From the NCBI GenBank assembly GCA_913043225.1, contig CAJWLU010000005.1, forward strand, positions 32,001-96,000: 64,000 bases of DNA, written 5' to 3'. The position numbers were made by a program, and so were the translations under genes. Source of the stretch: an uncultured Acidobacteriota bacterium (GTDB lineage: Bacteria > Acidobacteriota > Vicinamibacteria > Vicinamibacterales > UBA8438). The notes beneath the pieces are model-generated. The model was given only the letters and a program-made list of their open reading frames with translations. It did no database searches and was not told where the DNA came from. Below, one piece after another: positions 1 to 10,056 of this stretch; within the stretch, counting starts at the first letter, position 1, and each line of letters opens with the position of its first letter.

Positions 1-549
1 GCCAACCTTCGACCAGTTCACGACGAAGAAGAAAACGACACTCGTTGCCTGAAACCTCGTGCGGGCCATCGCCTGTGGCAGCAGATACGCCTGGAGCGGG
101 GGGCCACCGGCGTGGACTGAGAAACTCGTAAACGCCGACAGAGCGCCCCAGACGCTGCCAGCCAGCGGCTCGGCGGAACGTGGCTCCGGCTGGGTGGCGC
201 TGAAGTGCCGGACCGCGTAGACCAGCGCGATCGCGGCCACCATCACGCGTAATCCGTCGGGCGACAGGACCCCGGCAGTGAGAAAACCGATCAGGGTGCC
301 GACCAGCGAGGCGGGGAGCAACACCCGTAGATTGGCCACGTCCCAGCGGCCCCAGTAAGCGCGCAGGGCCAGCACATCCATCACCATCAGAATGGGCAGC
401 AGCACTGCGGCGGCCTGGACGGGACTAACCGTCATCGCCATCAAGGGCACCCCAACTACGGCGATCCCGCCGCCGAGACCGCCCTTGGCGATCCCGACGA
501 TGAGCACCGCCACGACCGCCGTCACGTAAAACCAGGGGTCGTCGATCAC
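1..549 (-). CDS. Sulfite exporter TauE/SafE family membrane protein (3' end runs off window)
   Basis: Manual translation from GTG at 549: MIDDPWFYVTAVVAVLIVGIAKGGLGGGIAVVGVPLM...AAAVLLPILMVMD...HAGGPPLQAYLLP; overlaps the stop of the upstream PHP gene (GTGA). Confidence 0.85.
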   Translation of the reverse strand, partial: MIDDPWFYVTAVVAVLIVGIAKGGLGGGIAVVGVPLMAMTVSPVQAAAVLLPILMVMDVLALRAYWGRWDVANLRVLLPASLVGTLIGFLTAGVLSPDGLRVMVAAIALVYAVRHFSATQPEPRSAEPLAGSVWGALSAFTSFSVHAGGPPLQAYLLPQAMARTRFQATSVVFFFVVNWSKVG

Positions 550-2000
550 TCGACTTCGATAAAGACTGGGTTCGAGTAAAACCAGAGGTCCAGCCAAGGC
601 GATTCGCCAGGCGGATCAGGCGCCGGCTCCAATTCGGTCGTGCTGGTGCCCCTGACCCTCAGGAAGACACCGTGCGCTCCCGCCGACACCCGGGTCGTCA
701 TGGTAACGACCTCACCCGACCGACTCCAGGAGCCTGGACCAAAACGCTCCACCACCCGGGCGGTGGGGTTGCGGTCGACCCGTTGGTCGGCCAGCGGCGC
801 ATGCAGTCGCCCCACGATCAGGTCCACCCGGGCGACCGCCGGGTTCTCACCAGCCGCGTTGACCGCCTCCGGGTCACGGAACCGGATCGTCACATCGACA
901 GAGGTTCCCGCCGCAACGCTGAGCGCACCGCCCGCTCCGGCCTGCTCACCCGCAGCGGACGCCGAGAGGTCGAGCTCGGACACTAGATCGCCAGCCACCG
1001 CGAAGATCCGACCCTCCCGTAGACCGTCGAGCACATCGTCGTAGGTCGGCAACGCCTTGACGTAGGTTTTCTGATACTCACCTGGCCAGAAATCAGCGCC
1101 TTGCTGCACGGGATCGGCGTAGTGCACGTGTGAGTCGGAAGTCGCCACGATCCAGAACCGGCGTCCCTCCCCGAGCAGACTGTCCCACAAGCCGCCGACG
1201 ATTGCCGTCATCTGGTCGAACCCGCCCCGAGTGGGTGACGCCCGATAAACACCACGCACGCCTAGCCGTCCGGAACGACCGCGGCGCCCTGGCGTCCCGT
1301 CCGGCTGCAGGGTAGCCGCCTGGTGCCCAGGGGCGCCCTCCATGCCCCGATACACCCGGGGAGCCAGATCCGAGTTCTGACGTAGTTCCTCGGGACTATC
1401 GAGCCCGTAGATACCAACACCGCTGGCCGACCGCGAGGGGTGATTGGCGAACATCAGAGGCAAGGAACTCAGGCCACTGACATGCTGCAAGAGACGGCGG
1501 CGGGCTGGCGCGCCACGCCGAGTGGGATCCGGGGGCAGTTCCCATCCCTCGTTCTGATCGAACCCTGCCTCGATCTCACGAAGGATCTCGGCTTCATCCT
1601 CCACCCTCGGGATAATCAGAGTGTGGTGGTCCATGCCAGGCATGTTGAGTTCCATGCCGTAGAACTGCAAAACCTCGGGGATGAGCCTGCGCGACAGTTG
1701 CAGCTCTCGATAGGCCTGGCCGAAGTTGAGCTGCGAGTGGTTGGGCCCGCCGTGGTCGGTCGTGACCATCCAGTTCAGCCCGTGCTCTCGGGCCATAGCG
1801 GCATTACGCGGCGTGGAGTAGATCGCGTCGAGCCCCTTTAGCGGCACCGGCGGACTCTGCCGTCGGTCGTAACCGGGGCTCCAATGACTGTGGATATGAG
1901 AGTCGCCGGCGAGCCAGGTCCGCACCTCGGGCGACGGCGCACACATGGCGACGCCGCCAAAAGCGATTAGTACACCCAGCCACCCTCCCCGTGTGCTCAT
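546..2000 (-). CDS. Secreted PHP-domain metallophosphoesterase
   Basis: WLAGDSHIHSH, TTDHGG, NHPSR and SDSH metal motifs; hydrophobic N-terminus from the ATG at 2000. Confidence 0.75.
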   Translation of the reverse strand: MSTRGGWLGVLIAFGGVAMCAPSPEVRTWLAGDSHIHSHWSPGYDRRQSPPVPLKGLDAIYSTPRNAAMAREHGLNWMVTTDHGGPNHSQLNFGQAYRELQLSRRLIPEVLQFYGMELNMPGMDHHTLIIPRVEDEAEILREIEAGFDQNEGWELPPDPTRRGAPARRRLLQHVSGLSSLPLMFANHPSRSASGVGIYGLDSPEELRQNSDLAPRVYRGMEGAPGHQAATLQPDGTPGRRGRSGRLGVRGVYRASPTRGGFDQMTAIVGGLWDSLLGEGRRFWIVATSDSHVHYADPVQQGADFWPGEYQKTYVKALPTYDDVLDGLREGRIFAVAGDLVSELDLSASAAGEQAGAGGALSVAAGTSVDVTIRFRDPEAVNAAGENPAVARVDLIVGRLHAPLADQRVDRNPTARVVERFGPGSWSRSGEVVTMTTRVSAGAHGVFLRVRGTSTTELEPAPDPPGESPWLDLWFYSNPVFIEVE

Positions 2001-2064
2001 CGGTCCCTCCAAGCCTCGCCCGGCCAGCTCCGCCGCCAACTCGACTAACTCGGTGCTGACGAAC

Positions 2065-3084
2065 TCAGCGGGACTCCGCCCCACCCTCAGCGGCGAGGCG
2101 ATCCGCCCGTCTTGCGCCGCGCATCGTATTCACCATGCCGTAGTTCCCCTCGTGGCAGGTGTACTCGAAGAGGGGACCTTCGGCCCGCATCATCGGCATC
2201 TCCGCGCTCCAACTCCGGTCCCACGTCGCGGAATCCTCAACGGTGAACTCGTACAAGATGGTGTCGGCGTCTTGCCGAGTGAATCGTTCGACGACGTGCA
2301 GTTCGTCGCCAGACCCCTGAAAACCGGTCTTGGTCGTGAAGTTCGTCGTATCGACCACCAGGGTGTCACCCTCCCAACGGCCAACCGAATGTCCGGGCCA
2401 CTGGCGGATACGATCCGAGATATGAGGACGGCCGTCAGTGGGAATGATTCGGGGCGGGTTGTTAGCCATCTCCGGGAACAACACGACATACCCAGGTGCC
2501 TGGAAGATCAGATACAGGTCGTTGTACGGGGGTGGGATCATGGGCGGCCCTTCGTGGTTCCACACCAGACACCGCTCCTGCGCCGGCCGGTTCAGGTAAC
2601 TGTCGTAGCCACGGGCGGCACGTCTCACCTCTCCGCGGGCCCGACCGGACTCGTTCTGCGGCGGAATGCGCCCATCTGTCGGATCGACGATCAGCGAGGT
2701 GCGGGTACTCGAAAGCCCTTTAGGCACCTCGGTTCGCAGCCACTGCTCGTTGTTGTAGTGGGTGGGATCGGCCTGCGTCGTGGCGGCCACTTGACGCTCA
2801 GGGTCACCTGAGAGGATGTCAGAGAATGCCCGGCCACGGAGCGGGTCTACGCCCTCGGCGGTCAAGACCTCCATCAGGGCGGCCATCTCCTCGTCGGTAA
2901 GGAACTCCCGCTCACCGAGATGTTCCGGCCGTTGCAGGGGAGTGAAGGTCTGTGTCGTCCAGATCCCCTGGAGATCAGGGCTGCCGTCGACCATGCGCGG
3001 CATCGTCCAGACGCCCCCGCGCTCCTGCGCCGCCACCGGAGTCACGGCCCACACCAACGCCGCTACCGCTACGACCTGTCTCAT
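2065..3084 (-). CDS. Secreted uncharacterised protein, 'EYACHE' family paralog 1
   Basis: Signal peptide (VAA-Q); PDLQGIW, TSLIVDPTDGRIP, ERC, GRWEGDTLVVDTTNF, LFEYTCHEGN. Confidence 0.85.
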   Translation of the reverse strand: MRQVVAVAALVWAVTPVAAQERGGVWTMPRMVDGSPDLQGIWTTQTFTPLQRPEHLGEREFLTDEEMAALMEVLTAEGVDPLRGRAFSDILSGDPERQVAATTQADPTHYNNEQWLRTEVPKGLSSTRTSLIVDPTDGRIPPQNESGRARGEVRRAARGYDSYLNRPAQERCLVWNHEGPPMIPPPYNDLYLIFQAPGYVVLFPEMANNPPRIIPTDGRPHISDRIRQWPGHSVGRWEGDTLVVDTTNFTTKTGFQGSGDELHVVERFTRQDADTILYEFTVEDSATWDRSWSAEMPMMRAEGPLFEYTCHEGNYGMVNTMRGARRADRLAAEGGAESR

Positions 3085-3227
3085 TCGACCGCCCTCCAGG
3101 CACTTGCCGCCACGGATCCGGGCCGATTATACCGGAGGGGTGGTAACATGAGGGACAGCTCACCGAGGTGGGCACGTAGGGCCGCGGCCGCGGCCCTCAG
3201 CCGCTCTCCCCGGGCACGCGACCACCG

Positions 3228-6017
3228 ATGTCGCCCCTCCTAATTCTGGGATTCGTCGCCCTCGTGCTTAACGCCGCCTATCTGGCCGCGGGGCCCGACG
3301 CGTCCCTCCTGTATTACTTCAATATTGCGTTGCACCCAGCCCTGGGACTCGGCCTGGGTGCGGCCGTGACCGTTCGGTGGCGCCGCGAGGGCGCCGCCGG
3401 CGCCCGTCTGACCCGCGTGGCACTCCTCGTGCTGGGAGTCGGGCTGCTGCTGGGTCTCGGCGTCCTCATCCTCGGCGCCGGACGGGCGCAGGCGCCACTC
3501 GTGCTGGCTCACGTCTCTATTTCGATCGTCGGCGCGGGCCTGCTCGGACTGGATCTGTGGCAGCGGGTCGCATCGCGCACGAGCCATCCCTGGGCGGTGC
3601 GCTCGGTACTGCTCCTCTGCGTAGCCGCGGGACTCATAGCGCCGGCGGTGGCCCGCAGCCGCGAGGCGACCTCGGCAGCCGGCTTCCGGATCGAGAATCC
3701 GACCCGCCCCCCAGCCACCATGACCGAGGAACCGGCCGCCCCGGACGGGCCATTCGCGCCGTCGTCAGCCACCACGACTACTAACAAGACGATCCCGTCG
3801 GATTTCTTCCTGACCAGCGAGTCCTGCGGCCGCTGCCATACCGATATTTACGAACAGTGGAACGAGTCCGCGCACCATTTCTCGTCGTTCAACAACCAGT
3901 GGTATCGGCGGTCGATCGAGTACATGCAGAGCGTCGTCGGCACCCAACCAGCCAAATGGTGCGCCGGCTGTCACGACCACGCGGTCTTCTTCAACGGTCA
4001 GATGGACCGCCCGGTCGAAGAGCTAATCGACAGTCCCGAGGCCCACGCAGGTCTCGGCTGTACGTCCTGTCATTCGGTAGTGCACGTGGGCAGCACCATG
4101 GGCCAGGGACACTTCACGATCGAGTACCCGCCGCTCCACGATCTGGCCACCAGCGACCAACCCCTTCTACGCTGGGCGCATGATCTGTTGCTACATCTGG
4201 CCCCGGCGCCCCACCGCGAAACCTTCCTAAAGCCGTTTCACACTGAGCAGAGCGCCGAGTTCTGCTCCAGCTGCCACAAAGTGCACCTGGACGTACCGGT
4301 CAACGACTACCGCTGGATCCGCGGCTTCAACGAATACGACAACTGGCAAGCGTCTGGCGTGTCCGGCCAGGGCGCGCGATCGTTCTACTACCCCGAGTCA
4401 CCACAGACCTGCCGGTCGTGCCACATGCCACTCGTGCGCTCGGACGATCCGGCCGCCGACGACGGCTTCGTCCGTTCACACCGATTCCCTGCCGCCAACA
4501 CAGCACTACCATACGTGAACGGTCACGACGAACAGCTCCGGATCGTCGAGGAATTCCTGCGAGCCAATCAGATCACAGTCGACGTATTTGCAATCACGCG
4601 CGCCACGGCCGCCACCCCTGCCCCGGTCTCGACCACCTCGGGTCAACCGGCGCTCTCCAGCACATTCGCCGTCGGCGAAGAGTCGTTTCAGGCCGGCCCT
4701 GGCTTCCCGATCGGACTGGGCCCGGAACCGGCAGAAGTCGTCGGTCCGCTCGGCGACGGGCCAGTCACGGTTCGCCGTGGTGAGTCGGTCCGGGTCGAAG
4801 TGGTTGTGCGCACTCGGAATGTCGGGCACTTCTTCCCTGGCGGCACCGTGGATGCGGTGGAAGCCTGGGTGGAGCTGGAGGCCGTCGATGAGACCGGCCG
4901 GGTACTCCTGCACAGTGGGGCGGTGGCCGAGGACGGTCGAGGACCAGTCGACCCAAGCGCACACTTCTACCGAAGTCTGCAGCTCGACGGCCACGGAAAC
5001 CCGATCAACAAGCGAAATGCATGGGCGACCCGCTCGGTGGCCTATGTCCGTCTGATCCCGCCCGGGGCGGCCGACACCGTACACTACCGGCTGGACATTC
5101 CGGAGGATGCCGGAGACGAGATCACCCTGCGCGCTAAGGTCAACTACCGCAAATTCGCCTGGTGGCTGACCCAATGGGCCTATGCCGGGGAACGTGACCC
5201 ATCCCAACCGCTCCCCGATGTCACCGCGGCCTATGACGACGGAGCATGGGTCTTCACGGGGGATACAAGCGGCGTCTCAGGCGCGATGAAATCGATCCCG
5301 GACATACCGATCACGGTCATGGCCGAAGACGATGCCACACTGTCGGTGGCCAACCCAGCGACCGCGTCCGAAACCTCCCCCACGACCGCCGAGGGGGACC
5401 TCCGCGCGAGGGGGCGCTGGAACGACTACGGCATCGGCCTGCTCCTCCAGGGCGACCTCCGGGGCGCGGAGTCGGCGTTCCGCGAGGTGATGCGCATCGA
5501 CCCAAGCTACCCGGACGGTCCGGTCAACGTGGCCCGCGCGCTCTTACAGCAGGGCGAGGTGGAGGACGCGGTGCCACTGCTCGAACAGGCGCTGGCACTC
5601 AAACCGGACCTTGCCCGGGCCCATTTCTTCATGGGCACCGCACGACGCAGCCTCGGTGAGTATGAGCAGGCCCTGGAGCATCTCCAGATCTCGGCAAACC
5701 AGTACCCGCGGGACCGGGTCGTACTCGGCCAGATCGGTCGTCTGCAGTTTCTGGAGCGGCGCTACGACGAGGCCATCGCCACCTTCCAGTCGGTGCTATC
5801 GATCGACCCAGAGGACCTAGATGCGCACTACAATCTGATGTTGTCGCACCAGGGGGCTGGGAATCAGGAAGAGGCCGCGCGCGAGCGAGCACTCTACGAG
5901 CGGTTCAAGGCGGACGAATCGTCGCAGGCGATCACGGGTGACTTGCGACGCACCTCCCCGGAAGACAACAACGAACGGCAGGCGGTCCACGAGCACCGCC
6001 ACTTAACCACCCCCTGA
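3228..6017 (+). CDS. Membrane-anchored pentaheme cytochrome c with C-terminal TPR repeats
   Basis: N-terminal TM helices; five CxxCH motifs (CGRCH, CAGCH, CTSCH, CSSCH, CRSCH); TPR-like helices at the C-terminus. Confidence 0.85.
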   Translation: MSPLLILGFVALVLNAAYLAAGPDASLLYYFNIALHPALGLGLGAAVTVRWRREGAAGARLTRVALLVLGVGLLLGLGVLILGAGRAQAPLVLAHVSISIVGAGLLGLDLWQRVASRTSHPWAVRSVLLLCVAAGLIAPAVARSREATSAAGFRIENPTRPPATMTEEPAAPDGPFAPSSATTTTNKTIPSDFFLTSESCGRCHTDIYEQWNESAHHFSSFNNQWYRRSIEYMQSVVGTQPAKWCAGCHDHAVFFNGQMDRPVEELIDSPEAHAGLGCTSCHSVVHVGSTMGQGHFTIEYPPLHDLATSDQPLLRWAHDLLLHLAPAPHRETFLKPFHTEQSAEFCSSCHKVHLDVPVNDYRWIRGFNEYDNWQASGVSGQGARSFYYPESPQTCRSCHMPLVRSDDPAADDGFVRSHRFPAANTALPYVNGHDEQLRIVEEFLRANQITVDVFAITRATAATPAPVSTTSGQPALSSTFAVGEESFQAGPGFPIGLGPEPAEVVGPLGDGPVTVRRGESVRVEVVVRTRNVGHFFPGGTVDAVEAWVELEAVDETGRVLLHSGAVAEDGRGPVDPSAHFYRSLQLDGHGNPINKRNAWATRSVAYVRLIPPGAADTVHYRLDIPEDAGDEITLRAKVNYRKFAWWLTQWAYAGERDPSQPLPDVTAAYDDGAWVFTGDTSGVSGAMKSIPDIPITVMAEDDATLSVANPATASETSPTTAEGDLRARGRWNDYGIGLLLQGDLRGAESAFREVMRIDPSYPDGPVNVARALLQQGEVEDAVPLLEQALALKPDLARAHFFMGTARRSLGEYEQALEHLQISANQYPRDRVVLGQIGRLQFLERRYDEAIATFQSVLSIDPEDLDAHYNLMLSHQGAGNQEEAARERALYERFKADESSQAITGDLRRTSPEDNNERQAVHEHRHLTTP

Positions 6018-6032
6018 CCGGATCGCGGCACC

Positions 6033-7709
6033 ATGCTCCGACCCGCGCTGTTTACCGTAGCCCTCTCTGTCGGCTTCGTCGCGAGCCTCCCGGCCGCGGT
6101 CACCCTTACACTGACCGACGTCACCGCCGGTGCCGGGATCGAGTTCGACCACACCACTGGAGCATTCGGCGAGAAGTACATGCCGGAGACGTTCGGGGCC
6201 GGGGTGCTCTGGCTCGACATCGACGGCGACGGTTGGCAGGACCTGCTGTTCCTGAACGGCACCCCCTGGCCTGGTCGCCCCGAGTCGGCGACCCATCCAG
6301 TGCTCTATCGAAACCTTGGCGACGGCACCTTCAAGGACGTGACCGCGGGCTCCGGGCTAGAGGTCCCACTCTACGGGATGGGCGGAGCGGCCGCCGACTA
6401 CGACAACGACGGAGACGTCGACGTCTACCTGACTGCGCTCGGCCCCAACCGCTTGCTCCGCGGAAACGGCGACGGTACGTTCGTGGACGCGACCGACGAA
6501 GCGGCGGTGGGCGCCCCCGGCTTCTCGACGAGCGCCCTGTGGATCGACTATGACCAGGATGGCCACCTGGACCTGTTCGTCGGAAACTATGTGGAGTGGA
6601 CGCCCGAAACGGATCTGTTCTGCACCACTGCCGGTGGCGACGCCAAGTCCTACTGCACGCCCGAGTCCTACCAGGGCCAGAGCTCGAGGCTGTTCCGCAG
6701 CCTGGGCAACGGAACCTTCGAAGACGTCACCACCGCCGCCGGCATCCGCGCCCCGTCAGGGAAGGCGCTCGGCGTCGCCATGCTGGACTTCGACGACGAC
6801 GGCTGGCTGGACCTGTTCGTCGCCAACGACACGCAGCCAGACCAACTCTTCCGAAACGCCGGCGACGGCACCTTTGAGGATGTCGGCATGCTCGCCGGCG
6901 TCGCCGTCAGCGACACCGGGGTGGCGCGGGCGGGTATGGGGGTAGATGCGGCCGACTATGATCGCTCGGGGCGCCCGCATCTGGTAATCGGTCATTTCTC
7001 CGGCCAGATGATGGCCGTCTATCACAACGAGGGCAGCGGTCTCTTCATCGACGACGCGCCCCGGTCGGCCGTGGGCCGAGCTACCCTACCAACCCTGACC
7101 TTCGGCTGCTTCTTCTTCGACGTCGACCTAGACGGCTGGCTGGACATCTTCGCTGCCAACGGCCATCTCGACGACCAGGTTGAGCTCGTGCAGTCGCGGG
7201 TGAACTACGCCCAGCAGCCGCAACTCTTCCACAATCTCGGAGACGGACGCTTCGAAGAGGTCGGTCCCGATGGCTCTGGCCTCGAGACACCCCTTGTGGG
7301 ACGCGGCGCTGCGTATGCCGACTACGACCGTGATGGCGACCTCGACGTGGTGATCACCGCAAACGGCGGGCCGGCGCGTCTACTGCGCAACGACGGCGGC
7401 AATGCCAATCAACTACTCAGGATCCAGGTCGAAGGCACCGACTCAAACAGAGACGGCATCGGCACCCGGATCGAGGTCGCTACTGACGGCGCCCCGCAGT
7501 GGCGCCTGGTCAAGACCGGGTCCAGCTATCTGTCTCAAAGTGAACTTCCGGTTACATTCGGCTTGGGGTCGGCCCAACGCGCCACGGTACGGGTTGTCTG
7601 GCCGGACGGCGACGTGGACAACTTGGGAGAGGTTGACGCCGGCCAGCAGCTGACGGTGGTGGAGGGCGCCGGCGTACGAAACGCCACGCCCATCAGCCCG
7701 GCTCCGTGA
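6033..7709 (+). CDS. CRTAC1/ASPIC-UnbV family protein (FG-GAP/VCBS repeats)
   Basis: Signal peptide; repeated DxDxDGxxDL motifs; C-terminal SNRDGIGTRI...GSSYLSQ...FGLG...WPDG UnbV domain. Confidence 0.9.
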   Translation: MLRPALFTVALSVGFVASLPAAVTLTLTDVTAGAGIEFDHTTGAFGEKYMPETFGAGVLWLDIDGDGWQDLLFLNGTPWPGRPESATHPVLYRNLGDGTFKDVTAGSGLEVPLYGMGGAAADYDNDGDVDVYLTALGPNRLLRGNGDGTFVDATDEAAVGAPGFSTSALWIDYDQDGHLDLFVGNYVEWTPETDLFCTTAGGDAKSYCTPESYQGQSSRLFRSLGNGTFEDVTTAAGIRAPSGKALGVAMLDFDDDGWLDLFVANDTQPDQLFRNAGDGTFEDVGMLAGVAVSDTGVARAGMGVDAADYDRSGRPHLVIGHFSGQMMAVYHNEGSGLFIDDAPRSAVGRATLPTLTFGCFFFDVDLDGWLDIFAANGHLDDQVELVQSRVNYAQQPQLFHNLGDGRFEEVGPDGSGLETPLVGRGAAYADYDRDGDLDVVITANGGPARLLRNDGGNANQLLRIQVEGTDSNRDGIGTRIEVATDGAPQWRLVKTGSSYLSQSELPVTFGLGSAQRATVRVVWPDGDVDNLGEVDAGQQLTVVEGAGVRNATPISPAP

Positions 7710-8911
7710 TGCGAGGCGCCCCGAACCTCCCTCTTCTCCTGCTCCTTCTCGTCCTCTGTACGCCCCTCGACGCGCAGCGCGACCTGGCAGAACTCCGCAG
7801 CCGAGCCGAAACCGGAGACGCTGCGGCCCAATTCAATCTTGGACGGCTACACGTCACCGGCAGCGGCGTGCCGCAAGATGACCATGAAGCCGCGCGCTGG
7901 TACCACCTTGCCGCGGAGCAGGGATACGCCCCCGCCCAGCACGGTCTAGGTCTCCGCTACGACGCCGGTCTCGGCGTCGAGGAGAACGATGCCGAGGCAG
8001 TGCGGTGGTATCGTGCAGCGGCCGACCAAGGCCACTGGGAGGCTCAATTCCGCCTGGGTCGGATGTATGCCCGCGGCACCGGAGTGGCCCGAGACGACAC
8101 CCAGGCGGTGGTCTGGTACGAGCACTCGGCCAACCAAGGCCACGCCGAAGCGCAGTTCAATCTCGGCCAGATGCACTTCAACGGCCGGGGCGTCCCGCTC
8201 AATCGGATAGAAGCCGCCCGGTGGGTGGAGCTTGCCGCCCGGCAAGGCAATCCCCTCGCCCAGGTCACCCTGGCCAGTATGTTCGAGCACGGCGTGGGCA
8301 TCGATCAGGACCCCGCGATCGCGGCCCGCTGGTATCGCGCAGCCGCCAACCAGGGCGATCCCTCGGCGCAGGTCACCTTGGGCTATCTCTACGACTCGGG
8401 CATCGGCGTCGCAGAGGACGACGTCGAGGCGGTTAGATGGATCCGGCGGGCGGCTGAGCAAGACGACCCGGAGGCGCAATTCGCCCTCGGGAACATGTAC
8501 TTCAACGGCCGGGGTGTAGCGCGCGATATCCCCGAGGCGATCCGCTGGATGCGTAAGGCCGCCGACCAGGGGTTCGTCCGGGCCCAGGTAAACCTCGGGC
8601 TGAGCTACGACGGCGGCATCGGCGTGGCCCGGGAGGCGGCCGAGGCAGCTCGCTGGTTCACTCGAGCCGCCGTTCAGGGCGACCCCGGTGCGCAGCAGAG
8701 TCTCGGGGTGATGTACGCCAACGGTGACGGCGTGCCGCAGGACCTCGTGCGGGCCCACACCTGGCTCAGTCTCGCGGCCGCCGGAGCCACCGGCGAAGCC
8801 CGCAGCAGCGCCCTGCAGGGACTCCAGGTCATCGAGGCGCGTCTGTCGCCTGCCGAGCGCGCGGAAGCCGACGCCCGACGGGAGGCGTTTCTCCCCACAC
8901 CCGAACGGTGA
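7706..8911 (+). CDS. Secreted Sel1-repeat protein (9 repeats)
   Basis: Nine 36-aa repeats of type AQFNLGxxYxxGxGVxxDxxEAxRWYxxAAxQG; signal peptide. Confidence 0.92.
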   Translation: MMRGAPNLPLLLLLLVLCTPLDAQRDLAELRSRAETGDAAAQFNLGRLHVTGSGVPQDDHEAARWYHLAAEQGYAPAQHGLGLRYDAGLGVEENDAEAVRWYRAAADQGHWEAQFRLGRMYARGTGVARDDTQAVVWYEHSANQGHAEAQFNLGQMHFNGRGVPLNRIEAARWVELAARQGNPLAQVTLASMFEHGVGIDQDPAIAARWYRAAANQGDPSAQVTLGYLYDSGIGVAEDDVEAVRWIRRAAEQDDPEAQFALGNMYFNGRGVARDIPEAIRWMRKAADQGFVRAQVNLGLSYDGGIGVAREAAEAARWFTRAAVQGDPGAQQSLGVMYANGDGVPQDLVRAHTWLSLAAAGATGEARSSALQGLQVIEARLSPAERAEADARREAFLPTPER

Positions 8912-8976
8912 ACGCCCGTGCCTGGAGTCCATCGGTCGGTTGCATCTGGGCAAGCCCCACGCTACGCTCAGCGATC

Positions 8977-9969
8977 ATGATGAGACCCAACCAGTTCGTC
9001 TTGTTGACATTTGCGCTCCTCATCGCGGCACCGGCCGCCGCCCAGGATGACGTGCGAATGCGTCGTCCGCACGGAGACCCGGACATCTCGGGTACGTTCA
9101 CGTTCCGTACGCTGACGCCGTTCCAGCGCCCGGAGCAGTTCGCCGAACTCGAGACGCTGGACGCCGAGACCGCAGCCTCCTTCGAAGCCTCGGAACGCAC
9201 TCGACAGAACCGGGACCTGTTCGACCCCGAGTCGGGTGCCCGGAGCGCTGGCTATCAGCCTCGCGCGGAGGGAGGTGTGCTCTCCTACAACGAGTTCTGG
9301 TATGAGCGAGGCGTCGACCTGACTGACGACAAACGGACCTCCTTGGTCATCGATCCACCCAACGGCCGCCTACCGGCCCGTGTGCAGCGGACGCGCAACA
9401 TGCACATGCCAAACCCCACCCGTGAGGAGCGGAACGCGGCCCGCTACAACTCCTATGAGAGCCGTCACCTCTTCGACCGTTGCATCATGGGCTTCAACGC
9501 GGGTCCACCGATGTCGTCGGGTGCGTACAACAACAACGTGATGATCTTCCAGACGCCGGACCACGTGGTCATTCTCAATGAGATGGTGCACAACGCGCGC
9601 ATCATTCCAATCGACCGCGAGTATCACAAACCGCCGTTCAAGCAGTTCTCCGGCGTGTCCCGCGGTCACTGGGAGGGTGCGACCTTCGTCATCGAGACCA
9701 CCAACTTCCGGGGTGGCGAGAGCCGGGGCACGAGCCCGAACAAACACCTCGTCGAGCGAATCACGCGCATCAACGGCGACCGGGTAACCTACGAGTACAC
9801 GGTCACCGACCCGACCGTGTATACCGCTCCATTCACGGTCATGATGCCGTTCCGCCGCACCGATGGACCGCTCTTCGAGTACGCCTGTCATGAGGGAAAC
9901 ATCGGACTGCACGGGATCCTCGCCGGCGCGCGGAAGCTCGAGCTCGAGGGCCGCGAGCTTCGTCCATGA
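8977..9969 (+). CDS. Secreted uncharacterised protein, 'EYACHE' family paralog 2
   Basis: PDISGTF, RTSLVIDPPNGRLP, DRC, EMVH, GHWEGATFVIETTNF, LFEYACHEGN. Confidence 0.85.
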   Translation: MMRPNQFVLLTFALLIAAPAAAQDDVRMRRPHGDPDISGTFTFRTLTPFQRPEQFAELETLDAETAASFEASERTRQNRDLFDPESGARSAGYQPRAEGGVLSYNEFWYERGVDLTDDKRTSLVIDPPNGRLPARVQRTRNMHMPNPTREERNAARYNSYESRHLFDRCIMGFNAGPPMSSGAYNNNVMIFQTPDHVVILNEMVHNARIIPIDREYHKPPFKQFSGVSRGHWEGATFVIETTNFRGGESRGTSPNKHLVERITRINGDRVTYEYTVTDPTVYTAPFTVMMPFRRTDGPLFEYACHEGNIGLHGILAGARKLELEGRELRP

Positions 9970-10056
9970 CTAGCCGTCAGAGCGGTGCTCCCCTCTGACG
10001 AGCTTACGGACACCCGCGACGTCTCTTTCCGCGCGAGTGCCTTTAAGGAGGACGTG

